In this document: positions 40,924 through 50,080 of the stretch, piece after piece
How the letters are laid out: the number at the start of each line of letters is the position of its first letter
Position numbering within the stretch: the first letter of the stretch is position 1
NCBI GenBank assembly: GCA_964540105.1
Contig: CAZILL010000002.1
Span: 909,102 to 973,101 of the forward strand
Direction of reading: 5' to 3'
DNA length: 64,000 nucleotides
Source of the DNA: an uncultured Ignavibacteriales bacterium
GTDB lineage: Bacteria > Zixibacteria > MSB-5A5 > GN15 > FEB-12
The notes under the pieces: model-generated
Database searches by the model: none
Seen by the model: the letters and a program-made list of their open reading frames with translations, nothing else
What the model was told of the DNA's origin: nothing
Program-made: the position numbers and the translations under genes

Positions 40924-42065
40924 AGATTCACGAATATCAGGCGAAAGAAATCTTTGCCCAAGCCGGTATTCCCGTTCCGGCGGGCCAGGTTGCTACCACG
41001 CCACCCGAAGCCTTTGCGCTCGCCCAGCAGTACAACAAACCGGTAATGGTCAAAGCGCAGGTTCATGTCGGCGGTCGCGGCAAGGCGGGCGGGGTCAAAT
41101 ACGCCGAAAATGCCGAAGCCGCTCGCGTCCTCGCTCAGAACATTCTCGGGATGGACATCAAAGGGCTCACGGTCAAGAAAGTTCTCGTGACCGTCGCCGA
41201 AGAAATTCTGTCCGAGGCGTATGTCGGAATTATCCTCGATCGTGTTTCTAAGCGACCGGTCATCATGGTCTCGGCTGCAGGCGGCATGGATATCGAGGAA
41301 GTCGCAGCTAAAACACCCGAGAAAATACACAAGATCTACGTCGATCCCGTTCATGGCCTGCGTCCCTACCAAGCGCGCAATCTCGCCTACAAGCTCTACC
41401 GCGACATCAATCAGGTTCGCCAGGCTGCCGCCATTATCGCGAAGCTATATGATCTCTATTGGTCATGCGACGCGTCGCTTGTCGAGATCAATCCCCTGAT
41501 CACTACCGCCGGCGGCAACGTCATTGCCCTCGACGCCAAACTGAACGTCGACGACAACGCTCTGTATCGCCAGAAGAATATCGCCGCCATGCGCGATCTC
41601 GACGCCGAAATCCCAGCCGAGGTTGCCGCCCGCGAAGCCGATCTGTCGTTCGTCAAGCTTGATGGCACTATCGGCTGCATCGTCAACGGTGCCGGTCTGG
41701 CCATGGCGACCATGGATCTCGTCAAGCGCTACGGCGCGGAACCTGCGAATTTCCTCGATATCGGCGGTTCCTCCAACCCGCAGAAGGTTGTCAGCGCGAT
41801 CCGTATCATTCTCAGCGATCCAAACGTTCGTTCCATTCTCATCAACATTTTTGGTGGCATCACGCGCTGTGACGACGTGGCCACGGGCATTGTCAAGGCG
41901 TTCGGCGAGCTTCAACTCAACGTGCCGATTGTCGTTCGCCTGACCGGTACCAATGAGAAGGAAGCGCAGAAGATTTTGGCCGGTGTGAAACTCCCGACCG
42001 CAAACACCCTCGACGAGGCGGTCAAGAAAGCAATCACGATGGCCGGCGACGAAGCAACGGCGTAA
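40920..42065 (+). CDS. sucC: Succinyl-CoA synthetase beta subunit
   Basis: MKIHEYQAK, VKAQVHVGGRGKAGGV, EINPL, NGAGLAMATMD, NIFGGITRCD. Confidence 0.96.
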   Translation: MKIHEYQAKEIFAQAGIPVPAGQVATTPPEAFALAQQYNKPVMVKAQVHVGGRGKAGGVKYAENAEAARVLAQNILGMDIKGLTVKKVLVTVAEEILSEAYVGIILDRVSKRPVIMVSAAGGMDIEEVAAKTPEKIHKIYVDPVHGLRPYQARNLAYKLYRDINQVRQAAAIIAKLYDLYWSCDASLVEINPLITTAGGNVIALDAKLNVDDNALYRQKNIAAMRDLDAEIPAEVAAREADLSFVKLDGTIGCIVNGAGLAMATMDLVKRYGAEPANFLDIGGSSNPQKVVSAIRIILSDPNVRSILINIFGGITRCDDVATGIVKAFGELQLNVPIVVRLTGTNEKEAQKILAGVKLPTANTLDEAVKKAITMAGDEATA

Positions 42066-42087
42066 CGAGTAAGGCAGGAAAGATTAC

Positions 42088-43113
42088 ATGGCTATATTCA
42101 TAGACAAGAAGACGAAAGTGATCGTACAGGGTATCACCGGACGTGACGGCTCCTTCCACGCCGAGCAAATGAAGAAGTATGGCACCGACGTGGCGGGCGG
42201 AGTGACTCCCGGCAAGGGGGGAACGAAGGTCGGCTCTATCCCGGTCTTCAATACGATGGAGGACGCATTGACCGCCACCGGCGCCAACACGTCGGTCATC
42301 TACGTTCCCCCGTCATTTGCAGTTGACGCCATCTACGAAGCGGTCGATGCCGGGATCAAACTCGTCGTCTGTGTGACCGAGGGGGTTGCGGCCAACGACA
42401 TGATGAAAGTCGTTCCGTACGTCAAAGCGCACGGAGCCAGACTGATCGGCCCGAACTGCCCTGGGTTGATCTCGCCCGAACTTTCCAAGGTCGGGATTCT
42501 CCCGGGCACAATCGTCAAGAAAGGCTTTGTTGGCGTCGTATCCCGCTCCGGGACCCTTACCTACGAAGCGATCTGGGCGCTCACTCTCGCCGGCATGGGT
42601 CAGACCACCTGCATCGGAATCGGCGGAGATCAGGTTATTGGCACCAACTTCATCGACTGCCTTGAGGCCTTTCAAGCTGACCCACAAACCAAGGCTATCG
42701 TCATGATCGGCGAGATCGGCGGCTCCGACGAAGAGATGGCCGCCGAGTACATCAAGAAGAGGGTCAACAAACCGGTCGTGTCGTTCATCGCGGGCCAGAC
42801 CGCTCCTGCCGGTAAGAGAATGGGACACGCCGGCGCCATCATTTCCGGCGGCTCTGGAACTGCGAAGGAAAAGATCGAGGCGCTCAACAAAGCTGGCGTT
42901 CCAGTTGCAGGATCGCCAACAGAGATTCCCACGCTCCTGAAAGACTTGATGAAGAAAAGAAGCGCCAAGACTTCGACAGCGGCAAAGAAACCAAGCCCGA
43001 AGAAGACAGCCGCAAAGAAGACAGCCGCAAAGAAGACTTCAACGACCCGTAAGAGTGCACCGTCGAAGAAGTCGAAACCCGCATCCAAGGGCGGTGGAAA
43101 GAAACGAAGATAG
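42088..43113 (+). CDS. sucD: Succinyl-CoA synthetase alpha subunit with a Lys/Ala-rich C-terminal extension
   Basis: [25 protein letters not shown], phospho-His motif MGHAGAI; ~53-aa basic tail. Confidence 0.96.
   Translation: MAIFIDKKTKVIVQGITGRDGSFHAEQMKKYGTDVAGGVTPGKGGTKVGSIPVFNTMEDALTATGANTSVIYVPPSFAVDAIYEAVDAGIKLVVCVTEGVAANDMMKVVPYVKAHGARLIGPNCPGLISPELSKVGILPGTIVKKGFVGVVSRSGTLTYEAIWALTLAGMGQTTCIGIGGDQVIGTNFIDCLEAFQADPQTKAIVMIGEIGGSDEEMAAEYIKKRVNKPVVSFIAGQTAPAGKRMGHAGAIISGGSGTAKEKIEALNKAGVPVAGSPTEIPTLLKDLMKKRSAKTSTAAKKPSPKKTAAKKTAAKKTSTTRKSAPSKKSKPASKGGGKKRR
43000..43037 (+). repeat. 15-bp in-frame tandem repeat AAGAAGACAGCCGCA (2.5 copies; KKTAA)
   Basis: Exact copies at 43000-43014 and 43015-43029, plus a partial third copy. 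Confidence 0.8.
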
Positions 43114-43161
43114 CCATGCCCAGCGTTCCGAAGAAAACCTGTTTCACGATAGAGGTATCCA

Positions 43162-43425
43162 ATGACTGACTCTGGTCAGGTCGGCGAAGTCGGTAAGAAA
43201 CCGGCTCCGAAGAGCAAATACGACTACTCCAAGGGTCCGGCCCCTTTGAATATCAACATGAGCTGGTGCAAGGCCTGCAACCTTTGCATCGCTCTCTGTC
43301 CCACGACGGTCTTCGAACCGGATCGGGACGGTAAACCCATCCAGGCCCGTCCGGACGACTGCATTCAGTGCTCTATCTGCTGGGAGCATTGTCCTGATTT
43401 CGCCATAACGTCAAACTACAAGTGA
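43162..43425 (+). CDS. korD: 2-oxoacid:ferredoxin oxidoreductase delta subunit (2[4Fe-4S] ferredoxin)
   Basis: CKACNLCIALCP and CIQCSICWEHCPDFAI. Confidence 0.88.
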   Translation: MTDSGQVGEVGKKPAPKSKYDYSKGPAPLNINMSWCKACNLCIALCPTTVFEPDRDGKPIQARPDDCIQCSICWEHCPDFAITSNYK

Positions 43426-43435
43426 AAAGGACAGC

Positions 43436-44575
43436 ATGATGGCGGACAAGAAACGAAAACTCATGCAGGGGAATATCGCCTGTGTGCATGGCGGCATCTA
43501 TGCCGGACTGCGCTTCTTCGCCGGCTACCCGATCACTCCCTCGACCGAAGTTGCCGAAGGGTGCGCCCGCGAACTCCCCAAGATCGGTGGTCGCTTCATT
43601 CAGATGGAAGATGAAATCGCTTCTATCGCCGCCGTTGTTGGCGCCTCGGTCTCAGGACTCAAATCGATGACGGCGACTTCCGGGCCCGGTTATTCGCTGA
43701 TGCAGGAGCTCATCGGCTATGCCTATATTACCGAAACTCCGAGCGTGATTGTCAATGTTCAGCGGGGTGGTCCTTCCACCGGGCTGCCCACCAAAGTCAG
43801 CCAGTCGGATACGATGCAGGCACGCTGGGGCACGCATGGCGATTACACCGCTATCGCCGTCGCCCCCTCCTCAGTTGGAGATACCCTCACCGAAACTATT
43901 CGCGCCTTCAATCTCGCCGAGCGCTTCCGCACTCCGGTGACGATTCTACTCGACGAGGTGATCGGCCACATGCGCGAAATGATCACCCTGCCCGAACCGG
44001 GCGAATACCCAGTCTTCTCGCGCGTTCGACCGACTGTCGCGCCCGAACAGTTTGTTCCCTTTGAGATGACTCCGAACATGATCTCTCCGATGCCAAGCTA
44101 CAACGAAGGGTATCGCTACAACGTCACCGGTCTCACCCACGACACGATGGGCTTCAGCACCAACCGCGCCGACGAAATCGCCCCGAAGCTCGACAAGCTG
44201 AAGTACAAGATTGAAAACTACACTGCCGAAATCGAAAAACTCCGGATCGACATGATGGATGACGCCGACGTCGCCTTTATCGCCTACGGCACCGTCGCGC
44301 GCACCGCGCTGCAGGCCGCCTCCATCGCCCGCAAGGCCGGCTTCAAGGTCGGCAACATCCAGCTCTACACTATCTGGCCGTTCCCCGATCAACGGATTCG
44401 CGAACTCTGTTCGCGCTGCAAGAAGGTGATCGTCGCCGAACTCAACATGGGACAGATAGTCCACGAAATCCGCCGCGTCCTTCCCCACGACATGGCCGTT
44501 CACACTATCCAACGATATGACGGCGAAATCCTTACGCCGCTGCAGCTGTTGGAAAAGCTCGAAGAGGTGCTCTAA
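43436..44575 (+). CDS. korA: 2-oxoglutarate:ferredoxin oxidoreductase alpha subunit
   Basis: AGYPITPSTE, QMEDEIAS, TATSGPG, QRGGPSTGLPT, ELNMGQ. Confidence 0.92.
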   Translation: MMADKKRKLMQGNIACVHGGIYAGLRFFAGYPITPSTEVAEGCARELPKIGGRFIQMEDEIASIAAVVGASVSGLKSMTATSGPGYSLMQELIGYAYITETPSVIVNVQRGGPSTGLPTKVSQSDTMQARWGTHGDYTAIAVAPSSVGDTLTETIRAFNLAERFRTPVTILLDEVIGHMREMITLPEPGEYPVFSRVRPTVAPEQFVPFEMTPNMISPMPSYNEGYRYNVTGLTHDTMGFSTNRADEIAPKLDKLKYKIENYTAEIEKLRIDMMDDADVAFIAYGTVARTALQAASIARKAGFKVGNIQLYTIWPFPDQRIRELCSRCKKVIVAELNMGQIVHEIRRVLPHDMAVHTIQRYDGEILTPLQLLEKLEEVL

Positions 44576-45423
44576 TGGCAATAGCGGAAAAACAGAAATC
44601 CGACGTCATCCTGCAATACCTGCGTCCGCGAAAGAAGTTCCCCAGCGTCTGGTGTCCCGGATGCGGCAACGGCGTCGTCATGGGGGCGCTCATTCGTGCC
44701 ATTGATCGCCTCGGCCTCTCGCGCGACGAAGTCGCCATGGTCTCCGGTATCGGCTGCACCAGTCGCATGCCGGTTTACCTGGACTTCAATTCACTGCACA
44801 CGGCCCACGGTCGTGCCCTCGCCTTTGCCACGGGCGTCAAGTTCGCCCAGCCTAACATGAAGGTCATTGTTATCACCGGCGATGGCGACGCACTGGCGAT
44901 CGGTGGCAATCACTTCATCCACGCCTGCCGCCGCAACATCGACATCACGACCATTCTCATCAACAACCACATCTACGGCATGACCGGCGGCCAGGGATCC
45001 CCCACCACTCCTCCCGGAGCCATGTCGACCACCACGCCGTATGGCAACTCCGAAAAGCCATTCGATCCTTGCAGCCTTGCCCAGGCCGCAGGCGCGACCT
45101 TTGTTGGGCGCACGACCGTGTACCATGCGCCGCAAATGGAGAAGATGATCATGCAGGCGATCGAACATCGCGGCTTCTCGCTGGTCGAGGCTATTTCGAA
45201 CTGCCATACATATTTTGGCCGATTAAACAAGTCCGGCGACGCCGTCACCATGATCAAGTCTTTTAGGGAAAACGCCGTGACGCTCGCCAAAGCCAAAGAC
45301 ATGCCCCCCGATGACCTGAAGGGGAAGATCGTCATGGGTGTCATGCATCAGGTTCAGAAGACAGAATTCTGCGATGAATATCAGCACGTAGTTGATGTAC
45401 AGACAGGAGGGCGTAAGTCATGA
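44575..45423 (+). CDS. korB: 2-oxoglutarate:ferredoxin oxidoreductase beta subunit
   Basis: WCPGCG, SGIGC, HGRA, TPP-binding GDGD...NN.IYGMTGGQ.SPT. Confidence 0.92.
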   Translation: MAIAEKQKSDVILQYLRPRKKFPSVWCPGCGNGVVMGALIRAIDRLGLSRDEVAMVSGIGCTSRMPVYLDFNSLHTAHGRALAFATGVKFAQPNMKVIVITGDGDALAIGGNHFIHACRRNIDITTILINNHIYGMTGGQGSPTTPPGAMSTTTPYGNSEKPFDPCSLAQAAGATFVGRTTVYHAPQMEKMIMQAIEHRGFSLVEAISNCHTYFGRLNKSGDAVTMIKSFRENAVTLAKAKDMPPDDLKGKIVMGVMHQVQKTEFCDEYQHVVDVQTGGRKS

Positions 45424-45998
45424 CCCCCAAACTTCTCGATAAGATCGAAATTCCTCAGGATCGTTTTGAAATGCGCCTTTCCGGTTCCGGCGGGCAGGGA
45501 ATGATTCTTGCCTCAGTCATCATGGGGGAAGCCATCGGTGGCGGCGACGGGCGCAATGTCTCCCAAACCCAATCCTACGGTCCCGAGGCGCGCGGCGGAG
45601 CCTCAAAATCCGATGTGGTGATCTCATCGAATGAAATCTTCTACCCCAAGGCGATCAAGCTCGATCTTCTGCTCGCCATGACTCAGGAAGCGCTCGACAA
45701 GTATTACGGCGATCTCAAGGGGGGGGGAACGCTGATCATCGATACCACCCTTGTGACCGAGGTCCCGACAGACAACTACTACGGTCTGCCGTTCACTCGT
45801 CTTGCTCGTGAAGAGGCTGGCCATGTCATGGTGGCCAATGTGATCGCGCTTGCGGCCATTGCAGCACTCACTGATGTCGTCAGCCGCGAATCCCTGACCA
45901 GCGCTGTCTTAGCACGTGCTCCGCGCGGCACCGAAGAGAAGAATCGCAAAGCCATCGACATTGGCTTTAGCGAAAGTCTCAAGATCAAGAAACGTTAA
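45420..45998 (+). CDS. korC: 2-oxoacid:ferredoxin oxidoreductase gamma subunit
   Basis: SGSGGQG, QSYGPEARGGAS. Confidence 0.9.
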   Translation: MTPKLLDKIEIPQDRFEMRLSGSGGQGMILASVIMGEAIGGGDGRNVSQTQSYGPEARGGASKSDVVISSNEIFYPKAIKLDLLLAMTQEALDKYYGDLKGGGTLIIDTTLVTEVPTDNYYGLPFTRLAREEAGHVMVANVIALAAIAALTDVVSRESLTSAVLARAPRGTEEKNRKAIDIGFSESLKIKKR

Positions 45999-46018
45999 CG
46001 AATGGGAACACAGAAGAT

Positions 46019-46417
46019 ATGAGCAAAACCCTCCTGATGATCAAGCCCGACGCTACCGAGCGACATCTAATAGGCCACGTCATAACTCGTCTTGAGCACG
46101 CCCGTTTTCGCATCGTCAGCATGCGGACCGTGACCTTAACCGAACCAGACGCGCGTCGCTTCTACGCCGTGCACGAAGGGAAACCTTTCCTCAACGACTT
46201 GGTGCGGTTTATGACCTCCGGTCAGATTGTTGCCATCGCTCTCGAAAAGGAGAACGCTGTTCTTGATTTACGCGCGCTCATCGGCGCAACCGATCCGGCG
46301 AAAGCCGCCTGCGGCACGCTCCGCAGTGAAATCGGGCGCGACATCGAAAAGAACTCCGTGCATGCCTCGGATTCAGATGAAAATGCTGCCAAGGAGATCG
46401 CCTTCTTCTTTGCGTGA
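46019..46417 (+). CDS. ndk: Nucleoside diphosphate kinase
   Basis: TLLMIKPDA, FYAVH.GKPF, GT.R, catalytic NSVHASDS. Confidence 0.95.
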   Translation: MSKTLLMIKPDATERHLIGHVITRLEHARFRIVSMRTVTLTEPDARRFYAVHEGKPFLNDLVRFMTSGQIVAIALEKENAVLDLRALIGATDPAKAACGTLRSEIGRDIEKNSVHASDSDENAAKEIAFFFA

Positions 46418-46446
46418 GGATCGAGCAGCATGCGAAGTCGGTTGGT

Positions 46447-47718
46447 ATGGAAATCACAGTGACCTACGGAGCCAAACCCTTGAGCTTTGATGTACCGGCC
46501 AACGCCACCGTTGATCGCTTCATGCCATCTCCGGCTGACAAGCTGGTTGACCTCTCCGCATTCCGATCCGCGCTCAATGCAAGCGGCACGGACGCCTTCC
46601 TGAACGCAGCCTCGCCGTTGATCATCGTGAATGATGGCTATCGCCACACGCCGACCGCGCTCATCCTCGAGTGGCTGGAGATCCTCCAGCCCGGTCTCAT
46701 CGACCGAGCCTATTTCCTGATCGCCACCGGCACCCACACCGCTCCAACTAAGGAACACGTGCGGGCTATCTTTGGCCCGTTCGGTGCGCGCGTCAGAGAG
46801 CGCCTAAGCTACCACGACGCCAGCGATCCCTCAAACATGACCAAGCTGGGTGTCGATTCGTTGGGGGGGGAAGTGCACATCAATCGCCTCGTCTTCGCCT
46901 ATGATCGAATTCTCGTCATAGGTTCTGTCGAGCCCCACTATTTCGCCGGATTCACCGGGGGGCGCAAATCGTTCTTCCCCGGACTGTGCGACCTTGCGAC
47001 TATCGAGCGTAATCACAATCTTGCCGTCTCTCTTGATTGCGCTCCCTTGAAACTCGAGGGGAATCCGGTCGCCGAGCACCTCAACTCCCTGCTCTCTCTT
47101 CTCGAACTCGACAGGATTCGCTCAATCCAAGTTGTAGCTGATACTCGCGGGCAGATCGCCGGTATTTTTATCGGTGCGCTTGAGAATAGTTTCACGAACG
47201 CGACCCGCCTCGCCGAACATCTTTACGCCCGCGCCGTTTCTCAACCATACGATGCTCTCGTTTGTGAACTTCGTCCGCCTCTCGACGGCAATCTCTATCA
47301 AGCCCAGAAGGCGCTTGAGAATAGTCGTGCCGCAGTGCGCGACAGAGGCGCAGTGATCGTGGTTTCGGAGTGCAGTGAGGGGATCGGATCCAACCACTTC
47401 TTCGACCAGGCCGACACCTGGGATCGCGAAAAGAATCTCCCCGCCGACGGCATTCTCCGCTTCGGCTCCCACAAGCTCGCGCGAGTGAACGCGCTCGCAG
47501 CACGTATGGATGTCTGTCTGCATTCCAGACTCGAGGATGTTGACGTCCGGAGAGTCTTCTACGAGCCGGTTTCCGATCTAAGCGCCTTCCTCGCCACAAA
47601 GGCTCTCGGTCGCCGCCACTTTCGACTTGGCGTGGTTTACGACGCCGGTCACACTGTCCTTCGTCATGAGACACCTGTATCATTTAGTCATAACACTTTT
47701 TCCAGTGAGGAAGTATGA
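46447..47718 (+). CDS. LarA-family nickel-pincer-dependent alpha-hydroxy acid racemase
   Basis: D..R.TP, ATGTH, YHD, EPHYFAGFTGGRK, ERNH, LYQAQKAL, EC.EGIG. The start may instead be GTG 46414. Confidence 0.85.
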   Translation: MEITVTYGAKPLSFDVPANATVDRFMPSPADKLVDLSAFRSALNASGTDAFLNAASPLIIVNDGYRHTPTALILEWLEILQPGLIDRAYFLIATGTHTAPTKEHVRAIFGPFGARVRERLSYHDASDPSNMTKLGVDSLGGEVHINRLVFAYDRILVIGSVEPHYFAGFTGGRKSFFPGLCDLATIERNHNLAVSLDCAPLKLEGNPVAEHLNSLLSLLELDRIRSIQVVADTRGQIAGIFIGALENSFTNATRLAEHLYARAVSQPYDALVCELRPPLDGNLYQAQKALENSRAAVRDRGAVIVVSECSEGIGSNHFFDQADTWDREKNLPADGILRFGSHKLARVNALAARMDVCLHSRLEDVDVRRVFYEPVSDLSAFLATKALGRRHFRLGVVYDAGHTVLRHETPVSFSHNTFSSEEV

Positions 47719-48641
47719 ACAAGAAGATCGCTGTAATCGGCGCCGGTAACGTTGGAGCCTCGTGTGCTCTGTACCTGGCTGAAGCCAATCTAGCAGACAT
47801 CGTGCTCGTCGACATTCTCGAGGGAATCCCGCAGGGTAAAGCACTCGACTTGACCCAGGCCGGTCCCGTCCGCGGTTACAATTCGCGCGTAACCGGCACC
47901 AACGACTACAAAGACATTGCCGGAGCCGACATTGTCGTCATGACTGCTGGTCTGGCTCGAAAGCCCGGCATGACCCGCGAAGATCTGCTCACGAAGAATG
48001 CCGAAATCGTCGGCTCAGCCGCGGAGAATATAAAAAAATATGCTCCCAAGGCCTTCGTCATCGTTGTATCCAACCCCCTCGACCTGATGACCTACCACAT
48101 GTTCAAAGTGACCGGCTTCCCGACTCATCGCGTTTTCGGTCAGGCCGGCGTGCTCGACTCGATCCGTTTCCGTACCTTCATCGCCATGGAACTCGGTGTC
48201 GCCGTGACCGACACGCAGGCGATGGTTCTCGGTGGACACGGTGACACTATGGTCCCACTTCCGCGCTACACGACTGTCTCCGGCATTCCGATCTCCGAAC
48301 TGATTTCTGCTGATCGCATCAAAGCCATCTGTGATCGCACCGCGGATGGCGGCGGCGAAATCGTCCGCCTGCTCAAGACCGGCTCGGCCTTCTACGCCCC
48401 TGCGGCGGCATCGGTCGACATGGTCCGTTCCGTCTTCAACGACGAAAAGCGCGTCCTTGCCGCTTCTGCCATGCTCACCGGCCAGTACGGAATCAAGGAT
48501 ATCTATATCGGGGTGCCAGTCATTCTGGGCGCCAATGGCGTCGAGAAGATCCTCGACCTGAAATTGGCCGACAACGAACTCTCCGCGTTGCAGAAATCAG
48601 CGGCCACTTACAAAGAACACATGAAGATTCTTGGCTACTAA
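47715..48641 (+). CDS. mdh: Malate dehydrogenase (LDH-like)
   Basis: [50 protein letters not shown]. Confidence 0.95.
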   Translation: MNKKIAVIGAGNVGASCALYLAEANLADIVLVDILEGIPQGKALDLTQAGPVRGYNSRVTGTNDYKDIAGADIVVMTAGLARKPGMTREDLLTKNAEIVGSAAENIKKYAPKAFVIVVSNPLDLMTYHMFKVTGFPTHRVFGQAGVLDSIRFRTFIAMELGVAVTDTQAMVLGGHGDTMVPLPRYTTVSGIPISELISADRIKAICDRTADGGGEIVRLLKTGSAFYAPAAASVDMVRSVFNDEKRVLAASAMLTGQYGIKDIYIGVPVILGANGVEKILDLKLADNELSALQKSAATYKEHMKILGY

Positions 48642-48651
48642 AGGAAGGACC

Positions 48652-49896
48652 ATGCCCAAGTACAAACATATATCCGTGCCGACTACCGGGACCCCGATCA
48701 CGGTCAAGAACAGGAAGTTGGTCATCCCAGACCATCCGATCATTCCGGTGATCGAGGGGGACGGCATCGGTCGCGACATCATGAAGGCTACCCGGCGTGT
48801 GGTCGATGCCGCTGTTGCCAAAGCCTACAACAATCGCAAGTCCATTGCCTGGATGGACGTCCACGCCGGCGAAAAAGCCAACGACCTCTATGGCGAGTGG
48901 CTTCCCAAAGAGACCCTCGATGCCATCAAGAAATTCTACGTCGGCATCAAGGGTCCACTCACGACCCCGATCGGCGGCGGCTTCCGATCTCTCAATGTGA
49001 CTATCCGCCAGGTGCTCAATCTCTACGCCTGCGTCCGCCCTGTTCGATATTTCCCGGGCGTCGGCTCACCGGTCGTGCACCCTGAGCGCGTCAACATCGT
49101 CATCTTCCGTGAGAACACCGAGGATGTCTACGCCGGTATCGAGTGGAAAAAGGGAAGCCCCGAAGTGAAGAAAGTGATCACCTGGCTGAACAAGACCATG
49201 AAGACCAATATCCGCCCCGACTCCGGCATCGGAATCAAACCGATCTCGGTTACCGGTACCAAGCGACTGGTCCGCAAGGCTATTCAGTTTGCGGTCGACA
49301 AGCAGCGTAGTTCGGTCACCCTGGTTCACAAGGGGAACATTATGAAATTCACGGAAGGAGCCTTCCGTGATTGGGGCTACGAAGTTGCGAAGAAAGAGTT
49401 CCGCGACAAGATCGTCACCGAGGACGAGGTCTACGCCAACCACAACGGCGTTGTTCCTGCAGGAAAGATTCTCATCAAAGACCGTATCGCCGACTCCATC
49501 TTCCAGCAGATCCTGATTCGCCCCGAAGAGTACGACGTTCTCGCCACCCCCAACCTCAATGGCGACTATCTTTCCGACGCCGCCGCGGCCCAGGTCGGCG
49601 GCCTTGGTATGGCTCCCGGTGCCAACATTGGGGACTACATTGGTATGTTTGAGGCTACTCACGGCACCGCGCCGAAGTATGCCGACAAGGACATGGTCAA
49701 TCCCGGCTCACTTCTTCTATCCGCGGTCCTGATGCTTCAGTATCTCGGATGGGACGAGGCCGCGACGATGATCGAAAGCGCCCTTGAGAAAACCATCGCC
49801 CAGAAGACCGTTACCTACGATCTCGAGCGGCAGATGGACGGGGCGACCAAAGTCAGCACCTCGCAGTTCGGGACTAACATCATCGCGAATCTGTAG
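48652..49896 (+). CDS. icd: Isocitrate dehydrogenase (NADP, dimeric type)
   Basis: [59 protein letters not shown]. Confidence 0.96.
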   Translation: MPKYKHISVPTTGTPITVKNRKLVIPDHPIIPVIEGDGIGRDIMKATRRVVDAAVAKAYNNRKSIAWMDVHAGEKANDLYGEWLPKETLDAIKKFYVGIKGPLTTPIGGGFRSLNVTIRQVLNLYACVRPVRYFPGVGSPVVHPERVNIVIFRENTEDVYAGIEWKKGSPEVKKVITWLNKTMKTNIRPDSGIGIKPISVTGTKRLVRKAIQFAVDKQRSSVTLVHKGNIMKFTEGAFRDWGYEVAKKEFRDKIVTEDEVYANHNGVVPAGKILIKDRIADSIFQQILIRPEEYDVLATPNLNGDYLSDAAAAQVGGLGMAPGANIGDYIGMFEATHGTAPKYADKDMVNPGSLLLSAVLMLQYLGWDEAATMIESALEKTIAQKTVTYDLERQMDGATKVSTSQFGTNIIANL

Positions 49897-49921
49897 CAAT
49901 CTGAGCGCTAACACTCACGAC

Positions 49922-49958
49922 GAAGGCTGGCTCATCCGATTGAGCCGGCCTTTCTGTT
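49922..49958 (+). terminator. Putative intrinsic terminator after icd
   Basis: AAGGCTGGCTCA-TCCGAT-TGAGCCGGCCTT stem followed by TCTGTT. Confidence 0.65.
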
Positions 49959-50080
49959 GAGAGGGATCGGCACGGCCAGTACCGTTCCAACGATCATGCA
50001 GATCGCCCCCCCCCCCTTTTCTCTTGGTCAAAAGACGAGTTGGCGCTATATTTAGGCGGGTTTCAAATGCTGGAGGGCGC

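Noticed and set aside
45719-46870. G9 run in korC and G8 run in the larA-like gene as phase-variation sites
   Set aside because: Both are in frame and encode Gly runs in metabolic enzymes; there is no other support.
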